NCBI GenBank assembly: GCA_049975265.1
Contig: JBNGDF010000006.1
Span: 34,360-98,359 of the forward strand
Reading direction: 5' to 3'
Source of the DNA: Fidelibacterota bacterium
GTDB lineage: Bacteria; Fidelibacterota; UBA2242
DNA: 64,000 bases
The translations under genes and the position numbers were made by a program. Under the pieces are notes generated by a model. The model did not search any database. It was given only the letters and a program-made list of their open reading frames with translations, and had not been told where the DNA came from. This document shows, in pieces, positions 19,068 to 31,409 of the stretch (the stretch's first letter is position 1; the number at the start of each line of letters is the position of its first letter).

Positions 19068-20344
19068 TCATTCTCCAGGATAGCCCGAACCGTGCGTGCC
19101 GAGGCGCCCAAATTATCCAGAATGACCCGCCGGGCGGATTCTGACGCCTGGTGATAAAATGCCCGGTCTCTCACCAATTTGAAAATCAGCCGATAGAGCT
19201 CTGTCCCGTTTTTGCAGCTGAAACCGCCGCCCGCTTTAACCAATAGCTCCGCCTCACGGGAATTATGATAAGCCGGACCGAAAATTACCGGGATACCGGC
19301 GACGGCGGGTTCCATTACATTATGGACGGAGCCTCGAAAACCACCGCCTACGAACGCCAGCCGGGTCTGATGATAGAGATCGGCTAAGATGCCGATCTTG
19401 TCGATTAACACAAGGGTTTCGGAAACAGGGAAGTGTTCCGCCCGGGAAAAACGACAGGATAACAGACCATTTCCGCTGAATTGGTCTTCAAAACTCTCCA
19501 GCGCGTACTCGTTGGGTTCGTGGGGGGCGATAATATAACGGATATCCGGATAGTGTTCATGCAGTTTGCGGATGACCGGCACTAGGTGCCGGGCGTCCTG
19601 AGGCCAGACACTGCCGGCAATCAGAACGAAGTGATCCGAAAAAAGTCGGGGTATCGGCATTGACCGGCGGCTGCGAGCCCGTTCGATCACCTGATCATAG
19701 CGGGTATCACCCAGGTTCAAGACCCGGATCGGGACCCCGCCCACCAACTGCTTGACCGAATCTTTATCATCTTCGGAAACGGCAAAGATATAGTCCAGCG
19801 AACGATATAGCTCCCTGAAAAAGCTGCGCACCAGCGGTAGAAATTTGGAACTGTTGCGCCGGATCCGGGCAGACATCAGATAGGTGACAATATGCAACCG
19901 CCTGGCATTCATAATCAAATTCGGCCATAATTCATAGGTCACAAAAATGATTTTTGCAGGACGTAAAATCTGTATGAAACATCGGGTGCGGTAATACGTG
20001 TCCAGAGGCAAATAAATCATTAGCCCGATTTCGGGCATCCGCTCCGCATGTTCAAAGCCACTGGGCGAAGTAAAACTGGCTGCAATCAATACATCCGGGC
20101 GAATCGCCTTGAGACCGCGAATGACCGGCTTAGCCTGCTCAAATTCACCCAGCGATGCCGAATGGATCAGATAGACCTCCCGGTCCGGATTCTCCTGGCG
20201 AAAACGCCGCAGCCGGCGCCAGCTGGCTTTGCGACCGGTTATCCCGCGACGAATTTTGCGATTGAACAGGCTCAACGACCGGATACCACAGTAGCTCACC
20301 GGCACAACAATCAGATTGTAAATAAAAAACCAGATTTTTACCAT
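19064..20344 (-). CDS. waaA: 3-deoxy-D-manno-octulosonic acid (Kdo) transferase
   Basis: HSASLGEFEQ, YLPLD, ELWPN, GDTRYD, IAPHE, FVGGGF, HNVMEPA. Confidence 0.92.
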   Translation of the reverse strand: MVKIWFFIYNLIVVPVSYCGIRSLSLFNRKIRRGITGRKASWRRLRRFRQENPDREVYLIHSASLGEFEQAKPVIRGLKAIRPDVLIAASFTSPSGFEHAERMPEIGLMIYLPLDTYYRTRCFIQILRPAKIIFVTYELWPNLIMNARRLHIVTYLMSARIRRNSSKFLPLVRSFFRELYRSLDYIFAVSEDDKDSVKQLVGGVPIRVLNLGDTRYDQVIERARSRRSMPIPRLFSDHFVLIAGSVWPQDARHLVPVIRKLHEHYPDIRYIIAPHEPNEYALESFEDQFSGNGLLSCRFSRAEHFPVSETLVLIDKIGILADLYHQTRLAFVGGGFRGSVHNVMEPAVAGIPVIFGPAYHNSREAELLVKAGGGFSCKNGTELYRLIFKLVRDRAFYHQASESARRVILDNLGASARTVRAILEND

Positions 20345-20374
20345 ACTTCAAATACTTCTGAATCGCTTACGCGT

Positions 20375-21358
20375 TCATTTCGTGCGGGCTCGATTAAATG
20401 CAACAAATCCAGCCAGGGCTGTCTTGACTTCGGAATCGGGAAAGCGCTGCAGATATTGCATCGCCTGCTCCGAAATCTCATCCAACTTCTGCTCCGCATA
20501 ATGGATGCCGCCTTCGGAAACAGTCAACTCGCTGATCCGCTGAATGTCCGCCGGCTGCAATCCCCCGCGTATGGCAGCCCGGATGCGTTTTTGCTCCGCC
20601 CGACTCATCCTATTCAGAACATGCAGCAGCGGCAGGGTGATCAGATTGGACTTCAAATCCCGACCGATCGGTTTGCCGATTTTTTCCTCCCGGGCGGTAT
20701 AATCGAAAAGATCATCCTTGACCTGAAACGCCATGCCGAGATATTTCCCGAAATTCCATAGTGTTTCCGCTTCCTCCGCGGTGCCGTCTACCGACAATAC
20801 CCCTACTTTGCAGCTGCTGGCAAACAACGAAGCGGTTTTCAGCCAGATCATGCGGAAATAGAGCTCTTCATCCATCCCGGCGTTGGAACTTTTCGCCAGT
20901 TGCAAAATTTCACCGGAGCTCAGCGCCTCCGAGGTTTCCGACAGAAGCTGCAGTGCTTCGTAGTTTCTCAGGCGCAGCATATTACTAAGAGAGCGACTGA
21001 ACAGGAAATCACCCATCAGAACCGAAATTTTATTCTGCCAGATCGCATTGACCGAGGGCGCTCCCCGCCGGGTCATCGCTTCGTCAATGATATCATCATG
21101 AATCAAGGTCGCTGTATGGAGCAGCTCCACCAGACCGGCTGATATGATCGTAGCCTCCGTCGGCGTTCCGCACAATTTTGCCGACAGCAGCACCAGAATC
21201 GGTCGGAGCCGCTTGCTTTTTTGACTGAGAATATGGCGGGCAATCCGGCGAATCAACGCCACATCGGACTGCAGAGAGGCTGCAAATTCCCGCTGAAACC
21301 GGACAAATTCCGCCCGTACCGGACGAACCAACTCTTCTGTTTCCGACCTCTGTTTCAA
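20375..21358 (-). CDS. Polyprenyl diphosphate synthase
   Basis: KRLRP, LIHDDIID..RRG, FQVKDDLFD, GKPIGRD. Confidence 0.93.
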   Translation of the reverse strand: MKQRSETEELVRPVRAEFVRFQREFAASLQSDVALIRRIARHILSQKSKRLRPILVLLSAKLCGTPTEATIISAGLVELLHTATLIHDDIIDEAMTRRGAPSVNAIWQNKISVLMGDFLFSRSLSNMLRLRNYEALQLLSETSEALSSGEILQLAKSSNAGMDEELYFRMIWLKTASLFASSCKVGVLSVDGTAEEAETLWNFGKYLGMAFQVKDDLFDYTAREEKIGKPIGRDLKSNLITLPLLHVLNRMSRAEQKRIRAAIRGGLQPADIQRISELTVSEGGIHYAEQKLDEISEQAMQYLQRFPDSEVKTALAGFVAFNRARTK

Positions 21359-22137
21359 TCTTCCATACTCTCTGTTTCGGATTCTTTCTTTTCCTGATGC
21401 AGGGCTAACCGCGACACCAGGATACTAAATTCATAGAGAAAAAGCAGGGGTACTCCCATCAGCAACATCGAAACGGGATCGGGTGGCGTAATAAACGCCG
21501 CCACAATCAGAATAATGATAATTGCATAGCGCCAGGATTTGCGCAAAAAGGTCGGCGTAATCAGCCCCATTTTCGTCAACAAAAAAGACGCCACCGGCAT
21601 TAAGAACAGCAGACCCGAGGCTACCAGCAACTGCAACACAAATTTTGCATAATAATTAATCGATATGTTCTTCTCCACGTCCGGCGAACCAATTGCCGTT
21701 AGAAATTTAATGGCAAAGGGCGCTATCACATAGTATGCAAAGACAACCCCAAGCACAAAAAAAATCGACACGCTGATCACCAGCCAGGGTCCCCACCGTT
21801 TTTCATCGGGATAGAGTCCCGGCGCCACAAAAGCCCAGAACTGGTAGGCTAAAACCGGAATGGAGGCGGCAATACCAATCACCAGTGCGACTCCGAATTT
21901 CAGCATCAACATCCCCTGAACCTTCAAGACCTGGAGCTTCATATCCGGCTGCAACATTCTCGACGGCTTTAACAGCAACTCAATGAAAAAATCCGAAACC
22001 ACAAAACTGAGCACGGTAAACAGAATAATGCTGAACAGTATTTTCAACAAGCGCCAGCGCAGCTCCTCGAGATGATCCAGAAAGCCCATCTCTTTCATAT
22101 CGGTCTTTTCTGCCACCACTCCTTTTACCTGCATCAA
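21355..22137 (-). CDS. tatC: Twin-arginine translocase subunit TatC
   Basis: FLDHLEELRWR, FVAPGLYPDEK, AAFITPPD. Confidence 0.95.
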   Translation of the reverse strand: MMQVKGVVAEKTDMKEMGFLDHLEELRWRLLKILFSIILFTVLSFVVSDFFIELLLKPSRMLQPDMKLQVLKVQGMLMLKFGVALVIGIAASIPVLAYQFWAFVAPGLYPDEKRWGPWLVISVSIFFVLGVVFAYYVIAPFAIKFLTAIGSPDVEKNISINYYAKFVLQLLVASGLLFLMPVASFLLTKMGLITPTFLRKSWRYAIIIILIVAAFITPPDPVSMLLMGVPLLFLYEFSILVSRLALHQEKKESETESMED

Positions 22138-22275
22138 TGATTATACGCAATTTCCAATCTGTAAAACGACTTCTAAATATAATTATCCCACCGTAGAAAT
22201 GCAGGGATTTATGGAAGTATTTCCAGTTTTTGCCAATAACCTCTTGCCACGATATACGGCAATCCTTCAATCAAT

Positions 22276-22299
22276 AAAAAAAGGCTGCACTTGGCAGCC
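22276..22299 (-). terminator. Intrinsic terminator after the Crp/Fnr gene
   Basis: GGCTGC/GCAGCC stem with 5-nt loop, followed by T7 on the minus strand. Confidence 0.7.
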
Positions 22300-22325
22300 C
22301 TCCTAATATTCCGTTAAAAAAAATT

Positions 22326-23003
22326 TTACCCAAACTCCTTGACAAAATCGTCATAGCGGTTGATGGTCAATCGGCGGCCCTGGCGTTGGATCCAGCCTTT
22401 TAGCTCCAACATCTTCAGCATTCTGGAGACGGTCTCCCGGGAGGTCCCCGCCATATTGGCAATATCCTGCTGAAACGGCAGTTTTTCGATAATCACCTGC
22501 CCCTGCCGGATCACCCCCAGATCCTCGGCGAACCGGATAATGCTCATGGCAATCCGGCTCTCCGCATCGCTGAGTGACAATCCCTCGATCTGCTGGTCTG
22601 AGCGTCTCAGCCGGACCGCCATCTCCTGTAACAGTGTTATGGCAATTTTCGGATGCTTTTCCAGCAGGTCCAGAAAGTCGCCCCGTTTCAGGATAAAGAC
22701 TTCGGAATCTTCCAGGGCGATCACATTGGCGGAGCGACTCTCCCCATCAAAAATAGACATTTCTCCGAAAAAATCTCCCTCCCCCAGGATCGACAAAATG
22801 ACCTCCCGCCCGTCATCGCTCAGACGGGTAATCTTGACACTGCCTTTGTTCAAAATGAATAAAGAGTCGCCGATATCCTCTTCCATTAAAATCATATTGT
22901 TCCGCTTATAGACCCGCTTTTGCATCAGGTCAGCGATCTTTTCAAGAATTTCATCCCTTAAATCGGCAAACAGCGGTATGGTTTTTAGTACATTATTGTT
23001 CAT
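22326..23003 (-). CDS. Crp/Fnr family transcriptional regulator
   Basis: cNMP-binding domain (GDFFGEMS...RSAN) and HTH QQDIANMAGTSRETVSR. Confidence 0.93.
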   Translation of the reverse strand: MNNNVLKTIPLFADLRDEILEKIADLMQKRVYKRNNMILMEEDIGDSLFILNKGSVKITRLSDDGREVILSILGEGDFFGEMSIFDGESRSANVIALEDSEVFILKRGDFLDLLEKHPKIAITLLQEMAVRLRRSDQQIEGLSLSDAESRIAMSIIRFAEDLGVIRQGQVIIEKLPFQQDIANMAGTSRETVSRMLKMLELKGWIQRQGRRLTINRYDDFVKEFG

Positions 23004-23080
23004 ACATCTCTCCCTCGCTGAAAAATAGGTGTAGACTCCATAAAATACAAGAAAAAGTTTTCCGCCCGAGCCGACTCTCT

Positions 23081-23434
23081 CTAATCCTTCTCCTTGCCTT
23101 TCCGGGCACGACCGGATTTGCTGAATTTCTTCAGGATTTCCGGCACCATTTCGATCACCTTCCCAATCGAATGGTCTTTTAAACTGTGTACCCGCACGGC
23201 GTCTTCTTCGACCATGATAATTGCCACCGGCTCGATAATCGCACCACCGCCACTTCCGGTACCTGATTCGCTGTCCGCTTTCGTGCGTCCGCCGCCCACA
23301 CCGAATCCGAAAGAAATTTTCGTCACCGGAATAACCGTCGCTTTTCCGGCTACGATCGGTTTCCCCACCACCGTCTCTGAATCCACCAGGTTTTTCAGTT
23401 TCCCCAAAAGAGTATCCAAAAGATTTTCCACCAT
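23081..23434 (-). CDS. YtfJ/GerW family protein
   Basis: TVVGKPI, VIPVTKISFGFGVGGG, GSGGGAIIEPVA. Confidence 0.85.
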   Translation of the reverse strand: MVENLLDTLLGKLKNLVDSETVVGKPIVAGKATVIPVTKISFGFGVGGGRTKADSESGTGSGGGAIIEPVAIIMVEEDAVRVHSLKDHSIGKVIEMVPEILKKFSKSGRARKGKEKD

Positions 23435-24090
23435 TATTTCACTTCCTTTCTAATCCTCAGACGCCTTCGGTATTGTTTATAACTAAAAATAAGGATTGGA
23501 ATATATTGGTGCAAATAAATAACACCGGCAGATTCAATTTCTCCATCAATCCCCGGCTGTGTGAAATTTGCTCGTAAGGTGATATTTTCCAGTTGGGACA
23601 GCGTATATTGAAACATAGTATACGCACCGAACAGCAGACCGGTCGCCGCCGGATTCCTGAAACCAATTCCAAGGTCACCCTGTAACCTCCTGAAACGAAT
23701 CGGTCGCAGCAGGCGGGGCAGCAGTTGCCGCAGCAGCTGAATCCAGTCTGTCGTCGCCAACCCGGCTCGCTTTTTTGGTTTTGTGGGGCTTGGTTCAGCC
23801 TCGCCGGTTCTCTGATCTGCTTCTCTCTGACCCGACCTGCCAAGCGCCTGCCGGTACAGCGGGAACCGTATCCCGCAAACCTTTGCCTTTAAACCCAGGG
23901 CAGGATAATCGAAGTTCAGAAATATCCGAAATGCACCGAATAACAGAGAAACCTCCGCGGTAAGTTGCTTTTCAGACTCTCTGAAATTCCCGCGAAACCG
24001 GAAATTGACGGGGACTGCCACCATCAGAATCACAAATACCAGTATTGCCACCAGGGCAATCAGCAGCAGTTTAGCAATAAAAATCAGCAC
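23434..24090 (-). CDS. DUF2953 (YtfI-like) membrane-anchored protein
   Basis: N-terminal TM helix, GFRNPAATGLLFG motif, directly upstream of the ytfJ-like gene. Confidence 0.7.
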   Translation of the reverse strand: MLIFIAKLLLIALVAILVFVILMVAVPVNFRFRGNFRESEKQLTAEVSLLFGAFRIFLNFDYPALGLKAKVCGIRFPLYRQALGRSGQREADQRTGEAEPSPTKPKKRAGLATTDWIQLLRQLLPRLLRPIRFRRLQGDLGIGFRNPAATGLLFGAYTMFQYTLSQLENITLRANFTQPGIDGEIESAGVIYLHQYIPILIFSYKQYRRRLRIRKEVK

Positions 24091-24107
24091 AATGGGTGAT
24101 TTTTCCT

Positions 24108-24136
24108 TTGATATTCAGGATTGATATAAATAAATT
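24108..24136 (+). promoter_or_regulatory. Putative sigma70 promoter of rpsT
   Basis: TTGATA-N17-TAAATT; AAGGAG RBS at 24161-24166. Confidence 0.45.
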
Positions 24137-24170
24137 TGTAAACTGTTTGAAAATTTTTGAAAGGAGTAGA

Positions 24171-24425
24171 ATGAGTAAGAATCTTTCGGTTCAAAAACGG
24201 ATTCGTCAGGCGGAAAAAGCCCGGCTGCGCAATAAACATTACAAAACATTAATGAAAACCATGATCAAAAAGGTCAAAGCCGCACCCACCAGGGAAGAAG
24301 CGGAACCGCTCTACCGGAAGACCGTCGCCATCATCGACACCATTGCCAATAAAGACATTATTCATAAAAATAACGCCGCCAATAAAAAATCCCGGCTCGC
24401 GGCACATATCGCCAAACTCTCCTGA
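24171..24425 (+). CDS. rpsT: 30S ribosomal protein S20
   Basis: KRIRQAEKARLRNK...IIHKNNAANKKSRL; RBS AAGGAG. Confidence 0.95.
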   Translation: MSKNLSVQKRIRQAEKARLRNKHYKTLMKTMIKKVKAAPTREEAEPLYRKTVAIIDTIANKDIIHKNNAANKKSRLAAHIAKLS

Positions 24426-24439
24426 CCCTTTTTACCCAA

Positions 24440-27413
<2,974 letters not shown>

Positions 27414-27494
27414 TTGAGAGCTCCCGTTCCGCCTGAAAAAATTGCTGCCAAAAGTTAGTCATGAAAGGGTTTGCAATCAAGCAAAAGCCTCTGC

Positions 27495-27523
27495 TTGCAT
27501 ATTAACCCTTTTTACCCTATATT
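27495..27523 (+). promoter_or_regulatory. Putative sigma70 promoter
   Basis: TTGCAT-N17-TATATT, upstream of a GAGG RBS and ATG 27546. Confidence 0.55.
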
Positions 27524-27545
27524 TTTAATAACCAGCGAGGTCGTT

Positions 27546-27956
27546 ATGAAAAAAATTGCCGTTTTCTCCTTCATTTTTCTGGTCTTAACGGGTGCCATCG
27601 CGCAGGAAACCGTCGAGGTCAGCGACCTTATTATTCAGCAAACCGATAATAACATGATCCGGGTAACCATCGAGATTTTCAACTCTTCCAGTCGTGAAAT
27701 CAGCGAAGTCGCCGGCTATCTGGACCTCTATGACAACTCCCACCGGATCACCGAAAAGAAGCGGGTACAGGTTCAGATGGTTCATGACGTCCCCCTTCGT
27801 CCGGGCGAATCCAAATCCCGCAGCGTCGTAATGACCCAGCGACCAAACATGTCCGGTAATGCCCAGTACCGCATTACCCATTTGCGTTTCTTCGGCGAGC
27901 AGAACGTCTATCTGGTCTGCCCCAATTGCGGCGAAATCATTCTCAAAGACAACTGA
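27546..27956 (+). CDS. Exported hypothetical protein (FxLYD-like Ig fold, C-terminal CPNC)
   Basis: Signal peptide MKKIAV...AIA|Q; GYLDLYD; own promoter and RBS. Confidence 0.65.
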   Translation: MKKIAVFSFIFLVLTGAIAQETVEVSDLIIQQTDNNMIRVTIEIFNSSSREISEVAGYLDLYDNSHRITEKKRVQVQMVHDVPLRPGESKSRSVVMTQRPNMSGNAQYRITHLRFFGEQNVYLVCPNCGEIILKDN

Positions 27957-28406
27957 TCAGTCAGCGATCACCCGTTCCATTAAATCATTAATCCAATCAC
28001 GTGCCTGCCAGAGATAGGCTTCCACATCCTCCGGTGGATAGCGCTGTTGCGTCATGACAGTGGCAATCAGGGCAGCGGGGATCGGAATATAGCGGATAGT
28101 ATTATCTTCGTAAAAATGATCCAGTCCGGCGATCAAAGAGCGCAGATTGTCCGGTGTCAGCAGATCGGCAAAGACCGAATCGGCGGATGCCAGACCGGCA
28201 TCCCTGAACTTTAATTGATAATACAGTTTGCCATCGAATAATCCGCTGAGATAGGCGCTTTTAATCCAGTAGCTGTACTCCGGATACTCCTGACAAATCC
28301 GGTCTACTTTGCGCCAGTCATAACCATCCCAGAACAGCTTGCGTTCCTGGGCATGGACAGTCCCCAGGCAAATTGCAATCATCACGAAGAATAGTACTTT
28401 TCGCAT
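27957..28406 (-). CDS. Exported hypothetical protein
   Basis: Signal peptide ...VHA|Q, AAGGA RBS, continues the upstream minus-strand operon. Confidence 0.65.
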   Translation of the reverse strand: MRKVLFFVMIAICLGTVHAQERKLFWDGYDWRKVDRICQEYPEYSYWIKSAYLSGLFDGKLYYQLKFRDAGLASADSVFADLLTPDNLRSLIAGLDHFYEDNTIRYIPIPAALIATVMTQQRYPPEDVEAYLWQARDWINDLMERVIAD

Positions 28407-28419
28407 GAGTATTCCTTTT

Positions 28420-29235
28420 CTATGGTAACAGGCTGCGGATCAGTTCCACAAAATCCAGGTATATTCTCTTCAAGCCGGGATTCTCACTCAACAGACTCAG
28501 ATGCTTGTCAATCGTCTCCTGATCTCCCCGGGCAATCGGACCGGTCAGCGATTCAGAGAGTGGCTTGAACCAACCGTTTTCCACCGCCTGCCGGGACAAG
28601 GTTCCCAGCAGAGTTGCCGCGGCTGTTTCGGAAATACCACGGCTCTGTAACAGCTGTTTAACCGCCTGAATCATTGCGGTCGGGAAGTTATTGACAAAGA
28701 CTGCACAGAGATGAATCAGGCTTTTCTGTTCTGCCTGCAAATGAAAACCGGTCCCGCCGATTTGCACCACCAAACTCTGCAAATCTCCGGCGATTTCCCC
28801 CTCACAGGTGAACACAGCCCCCGCCATCATCCGGATACCGGTTTCAATATCGGGCACACTGATCAGCGGGTGGAGAGAGCCGGTCCGAAAATTATTTTGC
28901 TGTAATTCCGCCAGCAATCCGGCATCCCGGGCACCGGAAAGATGAAACACCTTCGTCCCTTTTCCATCCGGTATTTGCGCCGCAATCTCTCCGGCTATCG
29001 GGCGTATCGCATCATCACTGACCGCAATAATGATCCAGTCGGGATTCGGCGGAACCTCATGCAAATCAGGGGCGAATCGCTGAAAATTGACAAACTCACG
29101 TGCCGTGGTGAATTTATCCCGGCTGCGATTCCAGAGACATGCCGGAACAAAACCGGATTGCTCCAGATGCCGGCTCAGCGCAAGTCCGGTGCGGCTGGCA
29201 CCGATCAGAGCAAAGGATTGACCTTTCGCCATCAT
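28420..29235 (-). CDS. Rossmann-like plus DUF2520 oxidoreductase
   Basis: IGASRTG, IAVSDDAI, HLSGA, SLHPL, LTGPIARGD. Confidence 0.85.
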   Translation of the reverse strand: MMAKGQSFALIGASRTGLALSRHLEQSGFVPACLWNRSRDKFTTAREFVNFQRFAPDLHEVPPNPDWIIIAVSDDAIRPIAGEIAAQIPDGKGTKVFHLSGARDAGLLAELQQNNFRTGSLHPLISVPDIETGIRMMAGAVFTCEGEIAGDLQSLVVQIGGTGFHLQAEQKSLIHLCAVFVNNFPTAMIQAVKQLLQSRGISETAAATLLGTLSRQAVENGWFKPLSESLTGPIARGDQETIDKHLSLLSENPGLKRIYLDFVELIRSLLP

Positions 29236-30068
29236 ACAGTTATCACCGCGGAAGTATAGCCCACTACCTGCAATTTATCTCCGCAGGTGTCGCCACTGGT
29301 GCGGTAATCCAGAATCCGGCATTCTGCCGCAGTGAACTGCCGGGCATAATTCATCAGAATCAGAATCGGCCCGAGCCCGCAAGCTTCCAGGCTCTGATCA
29401 TCATAACCCCTTTCCAGCGCCGGAAGATCGCAATTTTCAAGCAACTCTATCAAACGCCGGTCTTTCTGATGAGCCAGCGCCTGCGGATAGTAATGAGACA
29501 GATCCGAACTGGCAATCAGTACCGTGTCCCCGGCATTGACAAGTTCTTTCAGCCGCTCAGAAAACGCCTGCAGCTCCCGCGCCGACGCCATCCCCACCGT
29601 CAACGGAACCAGTTCAATGCCGTCAGGATATAGAACCTGCAGAAACGGCAGCTGGACCTCCAGGGCATGCTCCGTACGATGCCCGATATCGCCAGCCCGG
29701 GCGAGCGGACATTCTGCCGCTATCTTATCGCACAGTTGCCGATCAACCGTCACAACTCCCAAAGGGGTTGCATAGCCGTCGCCGTCGTATACCGCAATCC
29801 CGCTGAAATAGTCACTGTGACTGGGTGCAATTACGACTGCCCGCTTGAATGCAAACCGCTGCAATAGCCGATACCCGTACGCCGCCGTCAGCGCCGAGCA
29901 GGGATAGCCCGCATGCGGCGAGATCAGCCCCACAACCCGTTGCACATCCGGTTCAGGTTCAGGTACCGCCTGTAAATACTCCTGCACCTCCCGGCTCAGT
30001 CGCTCCGGAGAAGCGGCATAAAATTGCCCCGCAACCGCGGGCTGACGTATCTTTTTACCATTTGTCAT
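29232..30068 (-). CDS. amrB: MEMO1-family protein (AmmeMemoRadiSam system protein B)
   Basis: RQPAVAGQFY, PHAGY, EHALEVQLPFL, ASSDLSHY, ACG, VVGY. Confidence 0.9.
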   Translation of the reverse strand: MTNGKKIRQPAVAGQFYAASPERLSREVQEYLQAVPEPEPDVQRVVGLISPHAGYPCSALTAAYGYRLLQRFAFKRAVVIAPSHSDYFSGIAVYDGDGYATPLGVVTVDRQLCDKIAAECPLARAGDIGHRTEHALEVQLPFLQVLYPDGIELVPLTVGMASARELQAFSERLKELVNAGDTVLIASSDLSHYYPQALAHQKDRRLIELLENCDLPALERGYDDQSLEACGLGPILILMNYARQFTAAECRILDYRTSGDTCGDKLQVVGYTSAVITV

Positions 30069-30146
30069 CACACCTCCTCGTGATATCAAAGTAATTCCCG
30101 CAGTAAGGAATGTCAAGGTGCAATCGGTAATTTGCCAAAATTTTGC

Positions 30147-31409
30147 TCAATCGGCGACGATTTCGACTTCCGAAATAAGCCACTGACGCAGCCATTCCCA
30201 AATCCGCCTGTAACAGCGGCATCGGAAACGAACATATTTATCGGAAAAGGATTGCTCGGTTATCATGCAGTTGTCCCGCACCAGTGCAATGGCGCGGGTA
30301 TTCTCCAGCGGCAGTTCGATGTGAAAAGCCACCTCATCCGCCCGCAGTTTCATAAGAATATGCCTACGCAACTCACCGATCTTCAGATGTTTTAACGCCG
30401 AAATATAAAGGGCACCAGGCTGATCCCTTTTCACCATACCAAGCAGATCCCGGTCCATGCTATCAATTTTATTAAAAATTGTCAGGGACGGAATGGAAAA
30501 CAGCCCCAACTCCATCAGAATCTCATTTACCGTATTCAGATGGTCAAGACAGGCAGAATTGCTGATGTCGATGACCTTCAGAATCAGGTCGGCATCGCCC
30601 GCCTCCTGCAGCGTACTCCGAAAGGATGCCACCAGGTTCGGCGGCAGTTTGCGAATAAAACCCACCGTATCACTCAGCAGGACACTGTGATGTTTGTCGA
30701 TTCTCCATTGCCGCACGGTGGTATCCAGCGTGGCAAACAGTTTATTCTCCACCAAAACCGAGGCATTGGTTAGAAGGTTCAAGAGAGTCGATTTACCCGC
30801 GTTGGTATAACCCACAAGCGCAACCCGATACTGGCTATCGCGTCCTTTGCGCTGGGTTTCCCGTTCCCGGTCAATCCGCTGCAGGTCTTTTTTCAATCGT
30901 GCAATCCGGGTCCGGATCAGGCGGCGGTCCACCTCAATCTGAGTTTCACCAGCACCGCTGCGCATGCGGGTACCGCCGATTTGTCGCTCCAGATGGGTCC
31001 AGCGTCTGGTCAGGCGGGGTAAAAGATACTCCAGTGACGCCAGCTCAACCTGGGTTTTTGCCTCTTTTGTACGGGCATGACTGGCAAAAATCTCCAGAAT
31101 GACGCTGCTCCGGTCACGGATTTCGACATTTAATATTTTCTCCAGATTACGCAACTGGGTTGGCGAGAGATCATCATCAAAAATGACCTCGTCAACCGCC
31201 AGCGCCGGCAGCAGGGTAGCAAGCTCAGCAACCTTACCTTTACCGATGTAGAGAGACGGGGAAATCTGTTTACGGTGGACCAGATAATAATCGGCGACCT
31301 CATAGCCCAGCGTACGGACAAGCGCGCTCAGTTCCGCCAGATGCTCTTCCACCGTTTCCCGGCGGCGCAACGGCAGAATGACGCCCACCAGGATGACCCG
31401 CTCAGCCAT
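30147..31409 (-). CDS. hflX: Ribosome-splitting GTPase HflX
   Basis: GETQIEVDRR, GYTNAGKST, LFATLD, DTVGFI, NKID. Confidence 0.96.
   Translation of the reverse strand: MAERVILVGVILPLRRRETVEEHLAELSALVRTLGYEVADYYLVHRKQISPSLYIGKGKVAELATLLPALAVDEVIFDDDLSPTQLRNLEKILNVEIRDRSSVILEIFASHARTKEAKTQVELASLEYLLPRLTRRWTHLERQIGGTRMRSGAGETQIEVDRRLIRTRIARLKKDLQRIDRERETQRKGRDSQYRVALVGYTNAGKSTLLNLLTNASVLVENKLFATLDTTVRQWRIDKHHSVLLSDTVGFIRKLPPNLVASFRSTLQEAGDADLILKVIDISNSACLDHLNTVNEILMELGLFSIPSLTIFNKIDSMDRDLLGMVKRDQPGALYISALKHLKIGELRRHILMKLRADEVAFHIELPLENTRAIALVRDNCMITEQSFSDKYVRFRCRCYRRIWEWLRQWLISEVEIVAD

Noticed and set aside
21980..22270. 96-aa minus-strand ORF upstream of and overlapping tatC as a possible tatA/tatB
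   Set aside because: No N-terminal TM helix with FG motif, and it overlaps tatC out of frame.
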